64,000 nt of DNA from Diadema antillarum (taxonomy: Eukaryota), in assembly GCF_040938485.1 (NCBI RefSeq), contig NW_027271495.1, positions 4,030,001 to 4,094,000 on the forward strand, written 5' to 3'. Shown in pieces: positions 10,970 through 20,305 of the stretch. The translations under genes were made by a program, and so were the position numbers. The notes under the pieces were generated by a model, which had not been told where the DNA came from, did no database searches, and saw only the letters and a program-made list of their open reading frames with translations. Position 1 is the stretch's first letter. Every line of letters begins with the position of its first letter.

Positions 10970-12834
10970 TTTGACTTTTCAAACTGTAATAGGCGAAATG
11001 AGCTGCAATTTTATTTCCTCCTAATGCCTCCGTAACACTCAGGCACGTCCTAACCGCACAGCGCCATCTTGGATTCGTGACTTTGCTGAGAGTTGCATGG
11101 TTCTCATTGTGCTACAGCAAGACGTTTTCTCCAAGAGGTATGTGCTTTAGATTAGAGGGCTCAATTGTATCAGGAAGATGAAAATAAAGAGTGACGAAAA
11201 CAGACAGCAACGGTGACGAAATCGATTTGGACCAAAATTTACTCAAGTACTACTCCTCTTTATACCTTTCTACAGAGAGCCGAATGGTTCGTATCATGCT
11301 TTATCAAGGCGTTTTTATCCAAGAAGAATGTACTTTGGATTACAGGGCTGCATGCTTCTCAATGTGCTATATCAAGAAATTTATAAAAGAGACGTGTTTA
11401 TATTAGAGGGGTCGAAAATACATGATGAGGTTGTAAATAAAGGGTGACGAAGAAGGCTATCAGGGTAACGGAAGCAAACAATGTGTCTAAATGATGCTTC
11501 AAATTGTTATACCAAACTACTTAGTGTTCCATGCTTCTCAATGTGCTACATCAAGACATTTTCTCCCAGAGACATGCTCTTTGCATTCGAGGTCTTAAAT
11601 ACATGATGCCGTTGTACACGAAGGGTTACGAAAAAGGCGACAACAGCGACGAAATCGATTTAGTCCAGGATATGATTAGCTAATTCATCATATTGTTATA
11701 CCATTTTTTTACAGTTGTATATCACAATGTACTTTATCAATATTCTTTTCAAGTGGCATGAGCTTTGGATTAGACAACTGAAATGCATCAGAAAGCTGTA
11801 CGTAAAGGTTGACGAAAAATTCTCCCAGAGACATGCTCTTTGCATTCGAGGTCTTAAATACACGATGCCGTTGTACGCGAGGGGTTGCGAAAAAGGCGAC
11901 AACAGCGACGAAATCGATTTAGTCCAGGATATGATTAGCTAATTCATCAAATTGTTATACCATTTTTTTACAGTTTTATATCACAATGTACTTTATCAAT
12001 ATTCTTTTCAAGTGGCATGAGCTTTGGATTAGACAACTGAAATGCGTCAGAAAGCTGTACATAAAGGTTGACGAAAAATTCACCAGCTATGACGAAATCA
12101 AATAAGATCAAAATGTGGTTACGTGATATATCAACTCGTCACGCCACTTTCTTGGGAGTTGCATGGTTCTCAGTTTGCTAAATCAATACGTTTATCCAAG
12201 AAACGTGTGCTTTGGATTAGAGGGCTTAAATGTATCAGACAGTTGTAAATAAATAGTGACAAAAACAGGCAGCAACAGTGACGAAATCGAATCAGCCCAC
12301 ATTTTGCTCAAGCAATAAATCCACTCGTCATATCACTTCATTGAGATATGCATGCTTCTCAATGTGCTTTGTCGAGATGTTATATCCAAGAGATGTGTCC
12401 TTTGGATCAGAGGGCTCAAATGCATCAGTCATTTGTAGATAAAGGGTGACGGAAACAGGCAACAGCGGTGACGGAATCGAATCAACCCACATTTTGCTCA
12501 AGTAATGAATCAACTCGTCATATCACTTTACTGAGAGCTGTGTGCTTCTTATTGTGCTTTATGAAGACATTTTATGCAAGACATGTAAGCTTGGATTAGA
12601 GGGCTCAAACGCATCAGATAGTTGTAAATAACGGGTGACGAAAACAGGCAGCAGCGGTGACGGAATCGAATCAGCCAACAATGTTCTTTATTACTTGTAC
12701 ATCAACTCGTTATACCGCTTTACTGAGACTTGTATACTTCTCAACGTGCGATATCAAGACGTTATATCAAAGAGAAAAGTGTTTTGGAAATATGGCTCAA
12801 GTACATCAAAGAGTTGACAGACAGGGGAAAACCC

Positions 12835-13340
12835 CACAACGAAGAGCTGTACGGTTCATATGCAGTGACTACATTTTCCGCGATCCAGACTGTACAACGT
12901 GCATGAGGGAGAATCTGAACTTGCCAACTCTTACCTTGGGATGCCAGGTCCGGAGATTAAAATCATTCTTCAAAGTGGTAGAGGGGTTGGTCCCAGCCCT
13001 ACATTCTGGAATTGTTTTCACTAAAGTAAGACCCAAGCGAAATATTACAGCAAAGAAATATAAAGAATGTAACGTAAGAAAAAAAATGTCGAAAATTACG
13101 TTACAAATCAAACTAAATGTTACACAGTAAGGCACTGTAACACATCAGTATACCGACCGAGTTTCACTCTTTTTTTTGTGAAACCGATCCTGGTTTGGAA
13201 TTAACTTCCAGCTGAAGTCGTTAACAGAATATTAAGGAGGTTTTCAAAGCAAAGATTGAGCAAAGTCTTCTTCACTTTGACTACCCACACTCCCAACGTG
13301 CCCTCTCTCACCCGGTTCCTTATACCGCAAGGTCCTGCGC
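12835..13340 (+). mobile_element. 5'-truncated, decayed CR1-group LINE 3' end inserted in the satellite
   Basis: Translates to RRAVRFICSDY...LNLPTL...RRLKSFFKVVEGLVP and then CNTSVYRPSF...WNxLPAEVV, resembling CR1 ORF2 C-termini. Ends in (CCAGA)-like repeats. Confidence 0.75.
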
Positions 13341-14039
13341 CGTACTACATCCAGAACCAGACAGGATGGCGAAAAAAGGCAGTAACGGTGATGAAATTTA
13401 ATCCAGCCCCGATGTGTAGGTAATGCATCAACTCGTAATACCACTTTGCTTAGAGTTGCAGGCTTCCAAATGCTCTACATCAATATGTTTTCTCCAAGAG
13501 ACAAGTGTTCTAGATTATAGGCTCAAATACATGATGACGAAGTGAATAAAGGGTGACGAAAAAGGGCAACAGCAGTGACGAAATGGATTAAACAATAAGC
13601 TAAAATATTACATCAAATCGTTACACCAAGTTGTTTAGACAGACATGATTCTCAATGAACTATTTCAAAACGTTTTTGTCGCAGAGATATATGCTTTGCA
13701 TTCGAGTTCTTCAAGGACAAGTTCACCTTGCTAGACATGTAGATTGAGTAAATGCATTTCTATTTATGTATAATATTATTCAAGCATATTGTTGCCTCAG
13801 TCGATTTTGTCACCTCTGCTGCTTATTTTCGTCACCCTTTACTTACACCTCATCATGTCTCTTGGAGAAGACGTCTTGATATAGCGTATTGGAAACCAGG
13901 CACCTCTCAGCAAAATGATACAACGATTTGATGCATTACCCAACCTCATTAATTCATTGATAAACACTGCAATTTTGTCACTGTTGCCTCTCATTTTCGT
14001 CACCCTATAGGTCTATGTACAACTGTTTCATGTATTTAA

Positions 14040-14592
14040 AGGACAAGTTCACCTTCATAGACATGAGGGTTAAGTGAATGCAACAATATTAGTAGAACAC
14101 ATCAGTGAAAATTTGAGGAAAACTTGACAATCCGTCTAAAAGTTATGAATTTGTAAAGTATCTGCACAATCACTGCTACATGAGAAGACTATGATGTCAT
14201 ATGCATAGAACCATAATTATGACGAAAATAATAACAGAATTTCATAAAACTTCGCTTCTTGAATAAAGTGCATATTTTCTGGACTTGTTACTGACGTATG
14301 TTATATGAGTAACACTATCCCCCTCGCCTCTGAAATAGAGAAGTCAATTGTTCTTTTGTTATGCGAGAAAAGTGGAAATATGTTTGATTTTCTTTATACT
14401 TTTTTATATTGCTGTACACATGTGACATCACAAGCCATAGTAGTCTTGTCATCCAGCCATGACTGAGCAGAAACTTCAAAAATTCATAACTTTTGAACGG
14501 ATTGTCCGGTTTTCCCCAAATTATCACTAATGTGCTCTGCTAATATTGCTGCATTCACTTAACCCATATGTCTGTGAAGGTGAACTTGTCCT
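14040..14592. mobile_element. MITE with AGGACAAGTTCACCTT terminal inverted repeats and TTAA-like flanks (Kolobok-type)
   Basis: TTAA|AGGACAAGTTCACCTTCATAGACATG ... ATGTCTGTGAAGGTGAACTTGTCCT|TTGA. A third, solo end occurs at ~13713-13760. Confidence 0.75.
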
Positions 14593-16019
14593 TTGAATAC
14601 ATGAGACAGTTGTACATATAGGGTGACGAAAATGAGAGGCAACAGTGACAAAATCGATTCAGCCAACAATATGCTTAAATGATCCACTAAATCGTTATGT
14701 ATAAAAGTTTTTTCCAAATTACAAATGCTTTGGATTTGAAGGACACGCATGAGATAGTTGTAAATAAAAGGTGGCCAAAAAGGCGGCTCGGTGACGGAAT
14801 TGAATAAGCCGACATTATGCAAAAACTAAGCATCAAATCACTATGTAACTTTTTGGAGAGCTACATGCTTCTCAATGTGCTACAAGAAGTTTTCTCCCAG
14901 AGATATATATTATGCTTTGCATTCGAGAGATCCAAAACATGAGAAACTTGTATATAAAGGGTGACGAAAGAGGCGACTACGGTGAAGAAATCGATTCTGC
15001 AAACGATATGCTTACGTACATCGAATTATTATATCACAGTATTTAGAGGTGCATGGATCTCAATGAGCGTATCAAGAAATATTCTCAAAGTGACATGTGC
15101 TTTAGATAAGAGGACTCAAGGGCATAGGACAGTTGTACATAAAAGGTTACGAAAAACGCAGCAACGGTGACGAAATTGCAGTGTTTATCAATGAATCAAT
15201 GAGGTTGGGTAATACATCATACCGTTGTACTGTATCACTTTGCTGAGAGGTGTCTGGTTTCCAATACGCTATATCAAGACTTTTTCTCCAAGAGACATGT
15301 GCTGTGGATTAGAGGCTGTACTACATGATAAGGTGCAAGTAAAGGGTGACAAAAATAAGCAGCAGAGGTGACGAAATCGATTGAAGCAACAATAATAATA
15401 TGCTTAAATAATAAATCAAATCGTTATACCACTTTGCTTAAAGTAGCATGCTCCTTAGTGTGCTTTAGCAGAAAGTTTTCTCCCAGAGACATGTACTTTA
15501 CATTTGAGTTCTCAAATTCATCAGTCAGCTGTAAATAAAATACATGGTGACGAAAAAAAAAGCATCAACGTTGACAAAATCTATTCGGCCCACAATCTGC
15601 TGAAGTTACACGTCAACTCTTCGTACCACTTTGCTGAGGGCTGCATACTTCTTACAGTGCTTAATCAAGACGTTTACTCAAAGAGATAGGTGCTTTTAGA
15701 AAATTGGATTAGACGGTTCAAATACATGATGAGGTTGTCAATAAAGAGTGAAGAGAAAAGACAGCCACGATGACGAAATCGATTCAGTCAACAATATGCC
15801 TAAATAACAAATTAAATCGTTAAATACCACTTTTCCAAGAGTTACATCCGTCTCAATTTGTTATATCAAGAAGGTTTCTCCGAGAGACATGTGCTTGCAT
15901 TTGAGGGCTGAAATACACCATACAGAGGTAAATAAAACAACCTCAAACCCTTTTGGAGATATATTTTATTGAAACGTCAGGACAGAACCAGCATCCCCAT
16001 TCAAACAAATAGGAAGACC

Positions 16020-16630
16020 GAATTCATGACAGCAAAACTAAGGCTCAGACGTTACTTAAAGAGTTCAAGTCCTTCTTCACGAGAGTGTCTTATCTGATAC
16101 CAGACACAGTTACTCCACCCTCCATGAACAGCACACCGCTACACAGTCAACGGTGTGGAAACCCTGTTCGGGAGAATAGAGGTTTCGAAGCCACAGGTCT
16201 CGACCCATTACCTAACACAGTGCAAAAAGAGTGTGCAAAGGAGCTGGCTCCAGTGCTGGGGAATATCTTTCTCTTCAGTTGTCAGTAGATACAGGCAACT
16301 TGTCATCTAACTGGAGGTCTGCTCATGTCACACCAGTGTCGAGGAAAGGAGATACACATCAACCAGGAAATTACAGAACTGTTTCCCTGACATCCGTGAT
16401 GTGTTCAAAACATGAGCAGATGATATGTAAGCATTCTTGCAACATTTGGAGAATCACAACATCCCGTCGCCCTTTAATTATGGTTTTAGAATAGTGATTG
16501 AACAATTGCCCAGCTCCTCACAACAATGTATGATCTTTTTCTTGCCCATGGCAAGAAGATCCAGACTGACACCACCTTTTCGGGTCTCCAAAGCTTTCGA
16601 TACATTACCGAACAGTTCTCAGGCGGTTAC
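16020..16630 (+). pseudogene. Decayed CR1-group reverse transcriptase fragment
   Basis: Frameshifted pieces DSKTKAQTLLKEFKSFFTRE, GLDPLPNTVQKECAKELAP, NWRSAHVTPVSRKGD..QPGNYRTVSLTS and YGFR. Confidence 0.8.
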
Positions 16631-16795
16631 TATTTTTGTGCTGAATAAACGACCTACCAAATACCCTCAAGTCCCGACTCATTACGCCTTTTGGTAGATG
16701 ACTACCAATTTAAAAAATAAGTCAAATCTCAGCGCGATTATCTCAATTAAAATATTTATTTCAACTAAAAAAAAAAATGGGCATCCGACTGGGGA

Positions 16796-18620
16796 ATGAG
16801 GCTCAATGGTGACAAATGCCAAGTTGTGAGCACTGACGACAAATCCTCATACTTGCCCCAGGCCACCATAGACAAAATTATCACTGAATGCAATGTACAT
16901 ATGACCAAGAATGAATTTCTCAGGAGGTATCACTTTTCATGTGCTGATATAGCGAAGTATACATGGACACCTCATTACACTTGTCTGGGAAGAAGTGAAA
17001 CTGAGCTTTTATCAACAGAGTACATTGAACTTGATGATCTCACGTCTGAAGATGGCTCAGATGTTTGGCCTATGAACGAGTATGCTGATGCACAAAAGGG
17101 AATAGTGACAGTGATGATGATTAGATACGGGAGTAGATCAAGTTCAAGAAACTTTACTGAATTAAAGGCATTATTTACCATGTGCAGATGAAACAAAAAC
17201 CCAGCTTAAGTGCTTCAAAATAGTTCTAAAATTTGGATTAAGGATAGAAACGACAAATGTAAAAATTAAGTTCTATACTACTATGTATTGTTGAATATAC
17301 AAATTGGGTACAATAGTTATGATAAAAAATTTAGCTAAGTTATAGTTTATTGAGAAAGGCTTTATTGGTTGGGGCTTTTTTATACAATGCATCAAAATTG
17401 ACATGATAATTCGAACATCTTTAAATCACTACTCCCAATGGTAAACAATGTCTTTAATAATCTGCATCGCCTCGTTAAATGTTTTTTTACTGCTACTAAT
17501 AAGTATTTCGTCTTGTGCACAACATCCATCTCTTTGTCTTGGATACACAGCATTTCGATAACATTTTCTATAGTTTTTAGGACTCCTTCCAAATCATCTG
17601 CTCTTATCGTCAGGGTTTGCTCGCATCTTAATAAAAACCACGTTTAATTGGTCTTCTTGTTTTTGAAGGGAATATAAGCAACATTATTATGAATTATGAT
17701 CAGTGCATTTCAATACACAAGGCCAGCGCACTTGAGCAAACTGCAACCCACTGGTAGAATTAAAACTAACTAATCACATTGTTATGTGTACTATGACTGA
17801 ACTGCAAACCGAATTTGGTTCACGTGAGTGAACATGTTTTACACAATATAGGCCTATTTGAAAATGTAGGCCTATTGGCATAAATTTCCAGTTTAGAAAA
17901 TATGAGCAAAAATAGCAAGATTGAACAACCTTCTTGCTTTTCTCAAAGCCAACATAACTTTAATCCCCTTTGCTTTCTAATATAAATGCTATCTCGACTA
18001 CATCATGGCCATTTGAGATGAAATATTGGTTGTATGGATGATTAGACTGTAGTCCTATTATTATTATACTGACCCATTTGTCTTGCACGTTATGGTAGTA
18101 CAATACAGAAAGCGTTTCAGCGCCTCTGTCACAAATTTCCATCATTTATCCATAAATTACAAATATATTCATCTCCCAAATTCATATGTTATAATGATTA
18201 TCATAGATTTAAGTCATTTTCACCATGATCATAGAAATCGTTGATGCTATTTCTCCATAGTCATTAAACGACTCTTGGCGTTTTATGACAGCATGTTTTA
18301 CAGTAGTCGTTGAGATAAGTTGTCGGCCTATTTGCACACATATAGAATGCAAGGTTTCACTTCATATCTATTACTCGATAAGTCATTACTCTATTGAGGC
18401 ACTTCCATCATGACTGGTGATGTATGTGTCGCTGGACAGAATCTATAGCTTTAAAGAGGATCGCATTTCCATGTTTCGCTATTCGAACAGAGTCACTTTC
18501 TTTGTCAGCTGAATTGGACATTGTGAAAAGTGTCTTTTTTTCAGGCAAACGTATATCAAAGCAATGAAAATTCTGGTTTTCTTGCGCTGACCACTAACGC
18601 AAGTTATTTATACAGATATT
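16796..18620. pseudogene. Degenerate coding-like remnants inside the long-TIR element, unidentified (possibly its own former genes)
   Basis: A plus-strand 131-aa ORF with an acidic tail (16796-17191), and minus-strand protein-like stretches with stops and frameshifts at ~17400-17640 and ~18250-18560. No catalytic motif was recognised. Confidence 0.3.
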
Positions 18621-19339
18621 TGGTTGAATAGATGCAGAAAATCATGGTGGATAAAGCTTGATAAGAAAACTATAACAGTGTGCTGATAAAAGAGATAACA
18701 GGGGTTTTCACGAAGCGTAAAAGCGGTATCGTGTTTAACATCTTTTACGGAGTGAGAATGGTGAATCTCCACATGCAAGCGAAGCTTCTATCTGAAATCG
18801 TTCGTCACTGCATTCAGAGCAACAATTTTGAAAATTCCAATTCAGATGTCCTCATGCTCACTCGAGGTGCATCCATATTTAAAGAGTATGCTTTACCCAT
18901 TTACGCCTATACTTCCCAGTCATATTCTACACTTTCAACAAAAATATGAAAAAATACCGCTGGCGCTCGCTCATTTCCAAACATTTACCTAATGTCTATA
19001 CTTTGTGATGCCACGTTGACCTGTTGTACACCTGGAAATATAACTTTAACTTTTCAACCAATGTATAACGTCCCTCGAAGCACTTTCTGAGATATGAAAA
19101 CCAGGAAAATAAGGAATAGGAATTACCATGAGCTACCAACTATATAAGCATGTACAAAAATTATTCGTGGATGTTTGATTTGACAACCGTGAAATTGGAT
19201 AAAAAATGACCATCACTTGTCTTTTCCGGCGCTTTGGCCATGGTCACATATCGTGCCTGTTATGCTTCAGTTTCGTAAAGTAGGTCGTGCTTTCTTTTTT
19301 CTTCCATTGCGTGTGTGTGTATATGCATCAGCCACATTG

Positions 19340-20305
19340 GTTAGCTTAATTTGCTGCATTGGCATGCATTCGAAGTGGTCAAAAAGATGTCATCATTTGC
19401 ATTTGTAAAGAAATGTGAATCAGATTGAATCGGTTTCTCCTTACTTGTTGCCAGGACCACATAGATGGCATCTCGTAATTTCATGATTGCAAAGAATGCA
19501 CCATATTCCACCTGTGCCTTTGGCTTTGCAGGAATCTTTTTGTGTCGCAGCTCCTCTTTGTTTTCTCCTTGGACGCCCATGTACCGCGGACGAGTTCTTC
19601 CGTGACAGTGTGATCACGCGTGAACACGACAGAAAATGCCTGTTTAAAGTCTACGTTGCTCCGATATAGATATAGATGTCTTGACGGCACCTTTATTCAT
19701 GTTAAGCAAATATTATACAAAGTTTAATACAAAAATATATGGTAACTCAAGGTAAAAAATGATAAAGGGGAGTGGTGATATCAAATACACTTCCGAAACA
19801 TACAATTGAAGTAAATATCAAGTAGACTTTACTCCAATAATTGAAGGTTTGCATTCGGCAGTAATTTGGGCGTAGTTTCCACGTGCAAAACCCTCATAGA
19901 TTTACAACTGAAGTCAGTTGCACTGAATACTATTAGTCTTTTCTATTTGAAGCAAGGTAAGATGTAATACACCTTAAAAAGAATGGAGAAGAGTGAAAAA
20001 AACTGTAGTAAGCTGAAAGAGACAGGCAAACTGTATTTTTATTGAAAGATTATCTGTAGTATACCTAGGAGAGTAGACTAGCATTTCTTCGGGCTCTGCG
20101 ATGTGTTTTGATTGACATCTGTTGCTCAGCCAATAAAACTTCGAGAGTTGACGACTGACAACTGTCTTGCCACACCCGGTTCCACGCCTCTATTCGGAGG
20201 TTTCTTACTAGACGGATTTTTAGCCAACTTGACTGCCACGTCGTCGCGCCCTCTATTGACTGCCAATCACTGATTTAGGCTAAAAATACGTCGCCCGCTA
20301 GACTA
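19340..20305 (-). repeat. Right terminal inverted repeat (~960 bp)
   Basis: Reverse complement of 2701-~3650. Confidence 0.93.

Larger units (their letters stand above)
5436..11079 (-). mobile_element. Full-length L1/Tx1-clade non-LTR retrotransposon with intact ORF1 and ORF2
   Basis: Poly(A) tail seen as a T-run at ~5434-5444. TSD ACTTTGCTGAGAG(TT), 13-15 bp, at 5421-5435 and 11080-11094. The 5' end begins ...GAATCCAAGATGGCGC. Confidence 0.95.
11080..15935 (+). repeat. ~189-bp tandem array, right part, about 18 monomers, interrupted by a CR1 fragment, a MITE and an inverted segment
   Basis: Same monomer, with anchors for example at 12092, 12281, 12471 and 12660 (189-190 spacing). Confidence 0.9.
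2701..20305. mobile_element. 17.6-kb long-TIR DNA transposon, non-autonomous, AcademH-like (alternatives: MULE or Foldback)
   Basis: Exact 9-bp TSD CTGCCGATA at 2692-2700 and 20306-20314. Termini TAGTCTAGCGGGCGAC...GTCGCCCGCTAGACTA. The structure is certain. The superfamily call rests only on the TAG/CTA ends and the 9-bp TSD. Confidence 0.8.

Noticed and set aside
4190-15935. CRISPR-like array (regularly spaced conserved motif)
   Set aside because: Monomers are homologous along their whole length with no unique spacers, there are no cas genes, and the context is a eukaryotic intron.
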